Below, piece after piece: positions 19,005 to 28,877 of a stretch of DNA of 64,000 nucleotides (its first letter is position 1; every line of letters starts with the position of its first letter). Source of the DNA: Marinicella sp. (GTDB lineage: Bacteria; Pseudomonadota; Gammaproteobacteria; Xanthomonadales; Marinicellaceae); NCBI GenBank assembly GCA_965230295.1, contig OZ246001.1:2112001-2176000 (forward strand), given 5' to 3'. Position numbers and translations under genes: made by a program. Under the pieces are notes generated by a model. That model was not told where the DNA came from. It saw only the letters and a program-made list of their open reading frames with translations, and searched no databases.

Positions 19005-19722
19005 GTGGTTAGAGGGGTGGCTTAAATGGCTGCCTGATAACCCGCTGTTGGGTCTGTTGCTAACTTTGGTGGTGTTTTATGCGGCCAATAAGCTCTATCA
19101 AAGATGTCAAAATTGGCCAGGTTTACATCCCGTGCTGATCAGCCTATTGGTGATCATGGGCTTGTTGTTGTGGTTGCAGATCGATTATTCGGATTACATG
19201 TCTGGTGGGCAGTTGATCCATTTCTTTTTGGGGCCGGCCACAGTGGCTTTGGCCTGGCCTTTATATCAAAATCTGCAGACCATCAAAAAACTCATGTTAC
19301 CCATCATTGCCTCAGTCAGTTTTGGTATCTTGATGGGGGCCACCGTTGCCATATACCTGGCAAAATGGTTTGACGCCAGTTTATTGACTCAGTTGTCATT
19401 GGCACCCAAGTCTGTGACCACACCAGTGGCGGTTGTGGTGGCTGAACAATTGGGTGCATACCCCTCTTTGACGGCTGGTTTTGTGATCATCACCGGCGTA
19501 CTTGGTGCCATGTTTGGTGCACAGGTTTTTCGTTGGATGGGTACCGATGATCCAAGGGTGATGGGGGTGGCCATGGGTGTTTCCGCACACGGTGTGGGTA
19601 CCGCCAAAGCCTGGCAACTGGATCACACCATGGGTGCCTACTCAGGATTGTCCATGACATCAGCAGCTGTGTTGGTGGCCTTTGTATTACCGCCGTGGTT
19701 ACAGTTACTGGGCATTTTATAG
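18994..19722 (+). CDS. lrgB: LrgB family protein
   Basis: LGPATVALA.PLY, SLAPKSVTTP, G.SAHGVGTAKA. Confidence 0.93.
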   Translation: MRLEWLEGWLKWLPDNPLLGLLLTLVVFYAANKLYQRCQNWPGLHPVLISLLVIMGLLLWLQIDYSDYMSGGQLIHFFLGPATVALAWPLYQNLQTIKKLMLPIIASVSFGILMGATVAIYLAKWFDASLLTQLSLAPKSVTTPVAVVVAEQLGAYPSLTAGFVIITGVLGAMFGAQVFRWMGTDDPRVMGVAMGVSAHGVGTAKAWQLDHTMGAYSGLSMTSAAVLVAFVLPPWLQLLGIL

Positions 19723-19797
19723 AGTCTCTTTCGTAGTTTTGCTTTACAGCCTGAAAGGATGGGTGCTACAATTTTTTAATTGACAGCGGTGTGGCGC

Positions 19798-20979
19798 ATG
19801 AATGAACAAAACATAAGAAAACGCATCGAATCCTTAGATGTCTTGCGTGGCTTGGTCATCATCTTGATGGCGGTTGATCATGTCAGGGATTTCTGGTCCC
19901 TGGAAGCCTTTCGACCGGAAGATTTAACCCAAACCACACCGGAGTATTTTTTCACCCGTTGGATCACTCATTTTTGTGCCCCCATCTTTGTGTTTTTGGC
20001 TGGTACGGCTGCCTTTTTATACCAAACGAAAATCAATGACAAGGCCAAATTAAGTCAGTTCTTATTGAGTCGTGGGCTTTGGTTGATCTTGATCGAAGTG
20101 GTCGTGATCAACTCCAGTTGGTCGTTGGGGTTCTTTTTAACCAGCTGGGGATTCTTTTTACAAGTTATTTGGGCCATTGGGGTGTCGATGATTGTGTTGG
20201 CAGCATTGGTTTGGTTGTCAGATACCATGATTTTGATCATTTCACTGTTGATGATATTTGGTCACAATGCATTTGATTTCATCGTGCCTGCTGATTTTGG
20301 ATCTTTGTCATGGATATGGACCATTTTGCATGAAGGTGGTTGGGTTGCCTTGAATGCAAAGGGCAATTGGGGCATGTACATTGCTTATCCTTTGATTCCC
20401 TGGATTGGGGTGATGGGAGCCGGCTATGTGTTTGGAAACATCATGTTGCAGACAGCAGAGAAACGCACCACCTGGCTTTATCGTTTAGGGCTTACTGCCT
20501 TGATCCTGTTTGTGTTGCTGCGTTTCAGTAACCTCTATGGTGATGCGACTGACTGGGAAACTCAGAAGAACACTTTGTATACGTTCATGTCCTTCATCAA
20601 CACTGAAAAATACCCACCCTCGCTGTTGTTTTTGCTGATGACTTTGGGACCGGCTTTCTTGTTGTTGATCTTGTTTGAGAAAAAAACATGGGGTTGGCTG
20701 GGTTTTCTGAAGGTGTTTGGGCGGGTGCCTTTTTTCTTTTATGTACTGCACTTCATCGTCATTCATTTGAGCTCAATGCTGTACTTCAAACTGGTCTATG
20801 GTCAGTGGTTTGATTTGGCCAACAACCAAAGTGCTAAAAACTGGCCTGACTTTTATCAACCGTCCATTCTCAGGCTTTATTTGGCTTGGGCTGGCACTGT
20901 GGTGGTGTTCTATTTTCTGTGTCGCTGGTATGACCGCTATAAATCAACTCACAAGCAATGGTGGCTGAAGTTTTTGTGA
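19798..20979 (+). CDS. DUF1624 / heparan-alpha-glucosaminide N-acetyltransferase-like membrane protein
   Basis: RIESLDVLRG..IILMA.DH, TRWITHFCAP.FVFLAG, KYPPSL, GRVPFFFY.LH. Confidence 0.85.
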   Translation: MNEQNIRKRIESLDVLRGLVIILMAVDHVRDFWSLEAFRPEDLTQTTPEYFFTRWITHFCAPIFVFLAGTAAFLYQTKINDKAKLSQFLLSRGLWLILIEVVVINSSWSLGFFLTSWGFFLQVIWAIGVSMIVLAALVWLSDTMILIISLLMIFGHNAFDFIVPADFGSLSWIWTILHEGGWVALNAKGNWGMYIAYPLIPWIGVMGAGYVFGNIMLQTAEKRTTWLYRLGLTALILFVLLRFSNLYGDATDWETQKNTLYTFMSFINTEKYPPSLLFLLMTLGPAFLLLILFEKKTWGWLGFLKVFGRVPFFFYVLHFIVIHLSSMLYFKLVYGQWFDLANNQSAKNWPDFYQPSILRLYLAWAGTVVVFYFLCRWYDRYKSTHKQWWLKFL

Positions 20980-20990
20980 TTGGTTTTATA

Positions 20991-21202
20991 GAGCATTGAC
21001 TTCAGTCAACGTATTTTCTGGTGCATAATGAGACAACAAAATACGTGAACTAACGTCCCTGATCTACAGTCATTGCGAGCGAAGCGTGGCAATCTCCAAA
21101 AGCTTTTGAGTTCAATCCAATAACAAGATTTCCGACCACATGATGGGATTGCCACAGCCTGCACTCAACTTGATTGGGTGTCGCTATGCTCCTCGCAATG
21201 AC
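20991..21202. repeat. Mosaic REP-like cluster
   Basis: TTGACTTCAGTCAA (20996-21009); GTCATTGCGAGCGAAGCGTGGCAATCTC (21069-21096) and interrupted inverted partner GGGATTGCCAC...CTCGCAATGAC (21145-21202), between convergent genes. Confidence 0.85.
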
Positions 21203-21224
21203 AATTTTTCATTTCGACAGAGAA

Positions 21225-22289
21225 CTACTCCACAGCAGAATGCGTAAACGGTGTGGCCAAAGTCAGGCCATGCTCTTTTTGTAGGTCAAAAGCTGCGCGG
21301 TTGAGTGCGAAGCGGGCTTGTTTGATGCGGTAGACTGATTCAACCCGGTAATTCAAACGCCACAAAATGGCATGATCGCCCGGGTTGGCCAACACCAAAC
21401 GGGGTGTTTTTTCTTCATCCAACTGTTTTTCCATTTCACAGGCTTTGGCCCAGACGGCTTGGACAAACGTTTCTACCTGTTCTGAGGGTGTATCATAACC
21501 AATGTTGAACTCAACATAATCGTTCCAGTAGGGTGAATCTACTTTGTTCAAAACTTCAACTGGTACGGCACGAATCTTTGAATTGGCCACGATGATGTTG
21601 TGCTTTTGGATCACATCGTGGAAGGTGGTTTCAGTCAGCGACATCCTGCGAACCACGCCCAAGATATCCATGGATTTGATGCGACAGACCACACCAGGGG
21701 CGATTTCTCCTTGGTGGAGCATGATTAAACCGCTGACCGCATCATGGGCCCAAGCTTCTTTGGTGCCAAACAAAATCACCAAAATACCACCAATCACTCC
21801 GGTGGCTTGTAACCATGAGGTGACTTGCCAGATGTTGATCAACAGCAACAGCGAAACCGCGATGGTGATCAACAAAATGATGATGTAGCCCATCTCAGAT
21901 TGATAGGTTCGGGTTTTGGTTTCCTTGCCATCAATGGTGCGCTCTTTGCCGTACTTCTTGATGGTCCAAGAGTGCGAGAACTGAGTGAATAAATAACCCA
22001 AGAGGAACACCAGGCCGGTTTGAGATACGCGCACAAAAAATTCACTGTGCTCCACATCGGTTTTAAAGATGACGTAGTTCCACAACCAGTCAAACAAATA
22101 AATAGATAACAACAGGATGTTCATCAGACGCAACAACCTGGCGCGTTTTTTGTTTAAGACATCTGATCCCGATGGAACAATTTTCTTAAACAAGAAACCG
22201 GCAATGAAAAACAAACTGAAATTCAATACCACAGCCACTTTGCCAAATACAGACAAAGTGAGGAAATAAGTGGCCAGTGAATCAATCAT
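21225..22289 (-). CDS. Mechanosensitive ion channel (MscS family) protein
   Basis: Several TM helices then D.VSG, G.V..M.L.ET, N.K, IGYD, LATP; 4-bp overlap with upstream gene. Confidence 0.8.
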   Translation of the reverse strand: MIDSLATYFLTLSVFGKVAVVLNFSLFFIAGFLFKKIVPSGSDVLNKKRARLLRLMNILLLSIYLFDWLWNYVIFKTDVEHSEFFVRVSQTGLVFLLGYLFTQFSHSWTIKKYGKERTIDGKETKTRTYQSEMGYIIILLITIAVSLLLLINIWQVTSWLQATGVIGGILVILFGTKEAWAHDAVSGLIMLHQGEIAPGVVCRIKSMDILGVVRRMSLTETTFHDVIQKHNIIVANSKIRAVPVEVLNKVDSPYWNDYVEFNIGYDTPSEQVETFVQAVWAKACEMEKQLDEEKTPRLVLANPGDHAILWRLNYRVESVYRIKQARFALNRAAFDLQKEHGLTLATPFTHSAVE

Positions 22290-23371
22290 TGTTTAACGAC
22301 ATGTATGTTGTGTTGAGTTAATTCAGAAAAAATAGGGTCAAACCAGGATTTATTCTGACCTATGATTTCCGGAGGCAAAACACCTTTAGGCAAGTCATCA
22401 TGAGACAACATCAGACGCACCCCGGCCGCACAGGTATAACCTGTGGTGCGGGCCATTGATGAGACATTGTTGGTGTGGTCATAATGATCGATCAATTGGA
22501 ATGTTTCTGCTATGGGTTGGCCATTTTTAGAACCTGATGCCGATATTTCCATCACCGTTAAGTCCGGTTCATTTTCGCCAAATTGCCATTGTTCTAACAA
22601 CACCTTGGCTGTGGCATCACGGTGTTCAGGTTTAAAGAATCCAGCATCCAGAAGCTGTTGGATTAAGCCGGCATGTCCATTGTATCTTACGGTTTTCTCA
22701 GCCATGGTAGGGATGTTGACGGTTTGTAACAACGATCTGAGGCCATCTGTATTAAAGGCTTCCATGTGACCCACACCTTTGAAATAGAGTGACTCAATTT
22801 CACTCATGGCTGGTAATATGATGTCTTTGCCATCGCGTCGCATTCTGGCAGGACGGGTGTATTCTTCAATCACATCCAATGGTGCAAAGGGTGCTTTGTA
22901 CTCAAATGGTTTCAATCGCTCAACGGGTACTCCACCCACTTTACAAGCAAAGGCATCAACTTGATCATACTGATCAACAAAATGTCCGGCATATAAGTTT
23001 GAAATACCAGGTGCCAAGCCAAAATCTACCAGCGCAGTGACGTCGTTTTGTTGTGCCAACTCATTCAGGGCCAAAGCATCTTCGGCGAAAAAAGAAATGT
23101 CTACGATGTTCTTTTTCAGTTCGATCAAAGCCCGCAATCGGTCAAAGCCTAACAAACTGGGTAGGGCGCCGACCACCACATCAAAAGGTTCAACCAATGA
23201 TGTCAGTGCGTGATCATCACAGGCATTGGCAGCCACCAATTGGCAATCTCCTCGAAGGTGTGACAAATGGTCGATGCTTAAATCAGCCAAAGTCACTTCG
23301 TGGTCAACGCTCAAATTTTTTGCGATGGCTGCACCGATGCGACCACCACCCAATACCAATACTTTTTTCAT
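22286..23371 (-). CDS. Saccharopine dehydrogenase / lysine 6-dehydrogenase family
   Basis: LGGGRIG Rossmann motif, DFGLAPGISN, EEYTRPA, EAFNTDGL, MARTTGY. Confidence 0.9.
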   Translation of the reverse strand: MKKVLVLGGGRIGAAIAKNLSVDHEVTLADLSIDHLSHLRGDCQLVAANACDDHALTSLVEPFDVVVGALPSLLGFDRLRALIELKKNIVDISFFAEDALALNELAQQNDVTALVDFGLAPGISNLYAGHFVDQYDQVDAFACKVGGVPVERLKPFEYKAPFAPLDVIEEYTRPARMRRDGKDIILPAMSEIESLYFKGVGHMEAFNTDGLRSLLQTVNIPTMAEKTVRYNGHAGLIQQLLDAGFFKPEHRDATAKVLLEQWQFGENEPDLTVMEISASGSKNGQPIAETFQLIDHYDHTNNVSSMARTTGYTCAAGVRLMLSHDDLPKGVLPPEIIGQNKSWFDPIFSELTQHNIHVVKQ

Positions 23372-23850
23372 GTACTCCAGCTCACTACAACCATTAACAC
23401 AGCCCAGGCAAACAGGCCGGCAATCACATCATCAATCATGATACCAAACCCACCTTTGACTTTCTTATCCAACCATTTTATCGGAAATGGCTTAACGATA
23501 TCAAAAAACCTGAACAACACAAAACCCAGCAACACCCAGTACCATTGATTGGGGATCAAAAACAGCGTCAGCCACAGGCCCACAAATTCATCCCAGACAA
23601 TGCCACCATGATCATGAACACCCAGATTTTGACTGGCTTGTTCACACAGGTAAATACCCAACACAAAGGTAACCACCAACACCATCAAGTAAAAAGGCCA
23701 AGTCAACAAGGCCATCAGGTAATAAATAGGAACGGCAGCCAAGGTACCAAATGTGCCAGGTGCAAAAGGTGCCAAACCACTGCCAAAGCCAAAAGCCAAA
23801 AAGCCAGTGGGGGTTTTCAATGCCACATCAAGGGTGGAGGTCTTCTTCAT
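23368..23850 (-). CDS. pgpA: Phosphatidylglycerophosphatase A
   Basis: GFGSGL.P.APGTFGTL, IVWDEFVG, FRFFDI.KPFPI, GIMIDD. Confidence 0.96.
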   Translation of the reverse strand: MKKTSTLDVALKTPTGFLAFGFGSGLAPFAPGTFGTLAAVPIYYLMALLTWPFYLMVLVVTFVLGIYLCEQASQNLGVHDHGGIVWDEFVGLWLTLFLIPNQWYWVLLGFVLFRFFDIVKPFPIKWLDKKVKGGFGIMIDDVIAGLFAWAVLMVVVSWST

Positions 23851-24770
23851 CTCTTTTTCTCAAAATGTTCAAAACCAGAAAAACCAGTTTCTATGGGTTG
23901 ATGGTGATGCAACACCACCACCTGGCCAGTCTGGTTTGGGTTGGCTTCAATGATTTGTCCTATGATGTGACACCCTTCTGGCAACAGCTCTTCATCATCC
24001 AAGTTGATGGTGAAACACAGTTGATAATCATCGCCACCTGCCAAGACATACTGCATCCAGTTATCGTCACTTTTGATGATTGGGTTGATCGGGATTTGAG
24101 CCAATTCAATGACAGCTGCCACCTCACTGGCCGCACAAATATGAGACAGGTCAGCCAATAAACCATCTGAGACATCAATCATGGCATGGGTGAAACCTTT
24201 AACTTGTTCTGAGACATCTAATCGAGGTTCGGGTTTCTTCAGCTGTAAATTACAAGCCTTGTTTCTTTTTGGGTGTTGTAGCGCAAAGGCAGCAGCACCT
24301 AAATCGCCACTGATGACAACCAAATCACCTATCCTTGCTCCACTGCGACAGATGGCCTCGCTGGTTTCACCGATGGCTGTGACCGTAATAGACAGGGGGC
24401 CTTGGGTGGTGTCACCACCGATCAATTGGACTCGATGTTTTGCCAGCAGTTGTGAAAATCCTTTGATGAAACCATTGATCCATGGTTTTTTAATTTCAGG
24501 CAAAGTCAGGTTCAACAAGACCCATTTTGGGGTTGCTCCCATGGCAGCCAGGTCACTCAAGTTGACCGCCAAGGCTTTGTGCCCAATCGAATCGGCTGAA
24601 TCTGAGGCTTTAAAGTGTACACCAGCCACCAGTGTGTCAGTTGATACCACCAGCTGTTTTTGCGGATCAGGTTGGATGATGGCTGCATCATCGCCAATGC
24701 CCAACACCGTCCCTGTAGTTTGGCTGGTGCATTGTTTTCGGACTTGTTGAATCAGATCAAATTCTTTGAT
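23847..24770 (-). CDS. thiL: Thiamine-monophosphate kinase (start placed at ATC 24770)
   Basis: GIGDDAA, NLSDLAAMGA, LIGGDT, IDVSDGL, GGDDY; conserved EFDLI lies 5' of the first GTG. Confidence 0.93.
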   Translation of the reverse strand: MKEFDLIQQVRKQCTSQTTGTVLGIGDDAAIIQPDPQKQLVVSTDTLVAGVHFKASDSADSIGHKALAVNLSDLAAMGATPKWVLLNLTLPEIKKPWINGFIKGFSQLLAKHRVQLIGGDTTQGPLSITVTAIGETSEAICRSGARIGDLVVISGDLGAAAFALQHPKRNKACNLQLKKPEPRLDVSEQVKGFTHAMIDVSDGLLADLSHICAASEVAAVIELAQIPINPIIKSDDNWMQYVLAGGDDYQLCFTINLDDEELLPEGCHIIGQIIEANPNQTGQVVVLHHHQPIETGFSGFEHFEKKR

Positions 24771-24790
24771 GAGATCACCGCTTAAACAGG

Positions 24791-25267
24791 TTAATCACAT
24801 TCGCCGGAGTCAGCTGCCATTTCAATCTTTCGTGTAGCAGCAGCCACATGGGTCAAAACCCCATTGACAAAAATATGCCCGCCTTCTGCACCAAATTCGG
24901 TGGCCATCAATATGGCTTCGTTGATCACGACCTTGAATGGCGTTTCCGGGTGGTTCAACAATTCATAAGTGGCCATGGTCAGGACTGCATACTCAACGGC
25001 ACCCAGAGAAGATTTTTCTCTTCCCAAATGTGGGTCAATGTGTGCTTCAATTTCATCTTTGTTGGTTTCAATGTAACGCAAAGCAGATTTAAAAAACTCG
25101 GTATCAACTTTTTTAAAGTCCTGCTCTTCCAAGAATTGATCAATCACAACCCGTGCGGTCATGTCGTTGTAATGCATTTGGTACAAAGCTTGTACCAGGC
25201 GTTTGCGTGCCCGATGCTTCCTGGCCAATGGCTCGGGGAGTCTTTTGTTTTTTTTGTGTTCATTCAT
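24791..25267 (-). CDS. nusB: Transcription antitermination factor NusB
   Basis: RAR..LVQALYQ, P.KVVINEA, FG...H.FVNGVL; start ATG 25267. Confidence 0.95.
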   Translation of the reverse strand: MNEHKKNKRLPEPLARKHRARKRLVQALYQMHYNDMTARVVIDQFLEEQDFKKVDTEFFKSALRYIETNKDEIEAHIDPHLGREKSSLGAVEYAVLTMATYELLNHPETPFKVVINEAILMATEFGAEGGHIFVNGVLTHVAAATRKIEMAADSGECD

Positions 25268-25287
25268 TGAATTGGCTCGCTTGGTGT

Positions 25288-26541
25288 TCAGCCGTAAACC
25301 GGAAATTGACGACACAATTCAGTGACCTGTGCTTTGACCTGATTCACCACGTCATCATTTTCCATGTCATCAAGGATATCACACATCCAATGGGTCATGT
25401 TCGAGAATTCGGCTGTCCCGAAGCCACGGGTTGTGCCCGCAGGTGTGCCTAATCGCAACCCTGATGTAACAAATGGTGATTTCGGGTCATTGGGAACCGA
25501 GTTCTTATTGACCGTAATATGGGCCTCACCCAGGCGTGCTTCGGCATCTTTACCGGTGATGTCTTTGTCCACCAGATCCAGCAAGAACAAATGATTTTCA
25601 GTGCCACCTGAGACTACATTGTAACCACGTTCCAAAAATACTTTGGCCATCACTTGGGCATTATCAACCACTTGTTGTTGGTACGTTTTGAAGGCGGGGT
25701 CCAGGGCTTCTTTGAAAGCCACGGCTTTGGCCGCTATCACATGCATCAAAGGACCGCCCTGGATACCAGGGAAAACCAAAGAGTTGAGTTTCTTTTCAAT
25801 TTCCGGGTTTGACTTGGCCAGGATGATGCCGCCCCTGGGACCACGCAACGTTTTGTGGGTGGTTGAGGTGGTGACATCAGCAATGTTGACTGGAGAAGGG
25901 TAGACATCAGCAGCTATCAAACCAGCGACATGTGCCATGTCCACCATAAAATAAGCACCCACTTCATCAGCAATGTCACGGAACTGTTGCCAGTCAATGC
26001 GTTTGGAATAGGCCGAGAAACCGCCGATGATCATTTTAGGCTGGTGTTCCTGTGCCAGTCTTCTGACTTCTGCAAAATCAATTTCGCCGGTTTCATCATC
26101 AATGCCATATTGAACGGCGTTGAACAGTTTGCCTGATACATTCACTTTGGCACCATGGGTTAAATGACCGCCATGTGCCAGTGACATCCCGAGGATGGTG
26201 TCGCCAGGCTGTAACAGGGCCAAGAATACGGCCTGATTGGCTTGAGATCCAGAATGTGGTTGGACATTGGCGTAATCGGCATTGAACAGTTGCTTGACTC
26301 GAGCAATGGCCAATTCTTCGGCCACATCCACGTGTTCGCAACCACCATAGTAGCGTTTGCCGGGATAACCTTCTGCATATTTATTGGTCATTTGTGAACC
26401 TTGGGCCTCCATCACCGCCGGTGAGGTGTAGTTTTCCGAGGCAATCAATTCGATGTGGTCTTCCTGACGCTGGTTTTCTGCTTCGATGGCAGCTTGCAAT
26501 TCAGGATCAACTTGAGCGATTTTTTTGGTTTTATCAAACAT
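25288..26541 (-). CDS. glyA: Serine hydroxymethyltransferase
   Basis: [39 protein letters not shown]. Confidence 0.99.
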   Translation of the reverse strand: MFDKTKKIAQVDPELQAAIEAENQRQEDHIELIASENYTSPAVMEAQGSQMTNKYAEGYPGKRYYGGCEHVDVAEELAIARVKQLFNADYANVQPHSGSQANQAVFLALLQPGDTILGMSLAHGGHLTHGAKVNVSGKLFNAVQYGIDDETGEIDFAEVRRLAQEHQPKMIIGGFSAYSKRIDWQQFRDIADEVGAYFMVDMAHVAGLIAADVYPSPVNIADVTTSTTHKTLRGPRGGIILAKSNPEIEKKLNSLVFPGIQGGPLMHVIAAKAVAFKEALDPAFKTYQQQVVDNAQVMAKVFLERGYNVVSGGTENHLFLLDLVDKDITGKDAEARLGEAHITVNKNSVPNDPKSPFVTSGLRLGTPAGTTRGFGTAEFSNMTHWMCDILDDMENDDVVNQVKAQVTELCRQFPVYG

Positions 26542-26712
26542 AATGTTCAGTTACGTATTGTGGCGAAAAAAGCGGTATTTTACCTTAGGTGAACAGGGTG
26601 TGACGTGCTTAGTGAGTCAAAAATTGATAATTATTCGTGATATCACACAGCACAACACCAATGACAGGCTAACTATATGACCAAATGGGATCGACCATTA
26701 AGGTAAAAAAAG

Positions 26713-27144
26713 TCAAAATGGTTTGGCTAAGACCAAGTAAATCACCACCAACAAAATGACCGCAGGGACTTCGTTGAAAACCCGAAACCATACATGGGAG
26801 CGGTGTTCTGTCTGGCCTTTGAAATTGTGGTGGATTTTGATGCACCAAAAGTGATAAAAAACCAACAGCCCCACCAAGGCCATTTTTGCCACAAACCAAC
26901 CTTGTTGGATGTAGACTTTCCACTGATCCTGGGCAATGACGTAGACCAAGGCTACAGCCGATATGACAGTGCCCCAAAAAGTAAAGCGCATCATTTTGAT
27001 CAGGCGGTTCTCCATACCAGTTAACAAGTCCAGTTCTTTGCTGTCTTCAACCATGGCATGGTTGACAAACAACCGTGGTAGATAAAACAAACAAGCAAAC
27101 CAACTGACCACAAAAAACACATGGAAAGATTTGATCCAAAGCAT
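26713..27144 (-). CDS. hemJ: Protoporphyrinogen oxidase HemJ (CopD/UPF0093 family)
   Basis: LWIKSFH...VVSWFA.LFYLPRLFV.H and RVFNEVP...KPF. Confidence 0.9.
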   Translation of the reverse strand: MLWIKSFHVFFVVSWFACLFYLPRLFVNHAMVEDSKELDLLTGMENRLIKMMRFTFWGTVISAVALVYVIAQDQWKVYIQQGWFVAKMALVGLLVFYHFWCIKIHHNFKGQTEHRSHVWFRVFNEVPAVILLVVIYLVLAKPF

Positions 27145-27241
27145 TTAGTTTTCCTCGCTTTACATACACATTAAATATTGCCAGATTTTGGTTGAAAGCA
27201 ATCGCCTTTCAGTCGTGCTTAACCAGAACCTACAGCGCCAG

Positions 27242-27250
27242 TGGTATAAT
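27242..27250 (+). promoter_or_regulatory. Extended -10 promoter candidate
   Basis: TGGTATAAT about 30 bp upstream of the 27280 gene. Confidence 0.5.
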
Positions 27251-27279
27251 GCCGCTTTTTTTAAAAAACAACAAGTGGC

Positions 27280-28041
27280 GTGGACATCAAAACTCCGAAA
27301 TATGTGATCAGGCAAGTGGATGAAAAACCCTCGTTCATCAGACAACACTGGGTGATTTTTTCCCTGATTGGTTTGGCAATCCTGACATTTTTAGTCGGGA
27401 GGTACAGCAATTTGGATGTGTTGAATGCCTTCAAAGGACAAAAACAAACCTGGAGTGAAATTAACCAGCAATTAAGTGATGAAAATGAAATCAGTAAAAA
27501 GTCCATCAGTTTGCTGAGCACAGAAGTCAAAGTCAAAGAGCAGGCCATCATCGAACTACAAAAAAACATCACTTCATTGTCGCAAGAGAATTCAAGCCTG
27601 AAAGCAGAGTTGGCATTTTATGCCAATTTACTGAGCCACAAAGATGACATAAAAAAACTGCGCGTGTTTGAAATTTCAGCAGCAACCATAAAGGGCATGG
27701 TGGAGTTGAAATTGGTGCTGGCCCAAAAGCTTGAAAAGGCACGGCTGGTATCAGGTGAATTGCAATTGAAGCTGAAAGGCATCAAAGACAACCAAGGTGA
27801 AACCATTGATTTGATTGAACAATTTGAATTAGACAACAATTTTGAATTCAAATATTTTGAAATCATTAAGTTCACAATCAGTTTACCCAAAGGTTTTAAT
27901 CCAACCACGCTTTTAGTAGAATTGAAAAGCAGTAATAAGAAAGAAAAGGTGGTTTCAGAATCATTCCAATGGTCTGAAATCATGGACAATTCATTATCAG
28001 AGAACACAATTGGTGACGCTGAACCTCCCAATGGGGGTTGA
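27280..28041 (+). CDS. DUF6776-like protein (TM anchor plus coiled coil)
   Basis: L..ELAFY and F.FKYF motifs, position upstream of bactofilin-erpA. Confidence 0.75.
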   Translation: MDIKTPKYVIRQVDEKPSFIRQHWVIFSLIGLAILTFLVGRYSNLDVLNAFKGQKQTWSEINQQLSDENEISKKSISLLSTEVKVKEQAIIELQKNITSLSQENSSLKAELAFYANLLSHKDDIKKLRVFEISAATIKGMVELKLVLAQKLEKARLVSGELQLKLKGIKDNQGETIDLIEQFELDNNFEFKYFEIIKFTISLPKGFNPTTLLVELKSSNKKEKVVSESFQWSEIMDNSLSENTIGDAEPPNGG

Positions 28042-28117
28042 GTGGTCGCTGTAATTTATTGAGAACGGTCAATCAGCACCAATACAAAGGCAATGGCCCA
28101 TAGAAATTGGAGTAAAC

Positions 28118-28552
28118 ATGTTCAGTTCAAAAAACGACAAAGACAAAGAAAACATTATGGCTAACAACAATCAAACGCAAAATTTAGACACCTTTACCGG
28201 TCAAAACACCGCCATCAAAGGTGATGTCTCTTTCTCAGGGTTGATGCACATCGATGGCAGTGTAGAAGGGTCCATCGTATCAACAACTGAAAACGACACT
28301 TTGATCATCAGCGAAACCGGCAAAATCAGCGGTACAGTCAAATCAGGTAACCTGGTAATCAACGGTATCGTTGAGGGTGATATTACAGCCTCAGGCAAAA
28401 TAGAAGTGGCATCCAAGGCACGTGTGAATGGCAACATTTATTATGTGAATATTGAGATGGAAGCGGGTTCTCAAGTCAATGGCAAATTGATTTACCAAGG
28501 CGGTGAAGTCACACCGATGATCAATAAGAAAGCTGAGAAAGATGGCAAGTAA
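28118..28552 (+). CDS. Bactofilin (polymer-forming cytoskeletal protein)
   Basis: [31 protein letters not shown] repeats. Confidence 0.93.
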   Translation: MFSSKNDKDKENIMANNNQTQNLDTFTGQNTAIKGDVSFSGLMHIDGSVEGSIVSTTENDTLIISETGKISGTVKSGNLVINGIVEGDITASGKIEVASKARVNGNIYYVNIEMEAGSQVNGKLIYQGGEVTPMINKKAEKDGK

Positions 28553-28877
28553 CCAAGTTCAACTGTCAGCTTCTGCCGCAGGTAAAATCCAACAATTGGT
28601 GTTGGAAGAAATGAATCCTGATTTGAAATTCAGGGTCTATATCATTGGCGGCGGGTGTTCAGGTTTTCAATATGGCTTTGCTTTTGAAGAAGAGCAGACC
28701 GAGGGCGACATGATCATGGAAGACCATGGGGTCTCTATGATGATTGACCCAATGAGTTTTCCATATCTGATTGGCTCGACGGTAGACTATCTTGAGGACC
28801 TTCAGGGGTCTCGTTTTGTGGTCAGTAACCCCAATGCCAAATCTACCTGTGGTTGTGGCAGTTCTTTTGCCATATGA
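28542..28877 (+). CDS. erpA: Iron-sulfur cluster insertion protein ErpA
   Basis: [25 protein letters not shown]. Confidence 0.95.
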   Translation: MASNQVQLSASAAGKIQQLVLEEMNPDLKFRVYIIGGGCSGFQYGFAFEEEQTEGDMIMEDHGVSMMIDPMSFPYLIGSTVDYLEDLQGSRFVVSNPNAKSTCGCGSSFAI

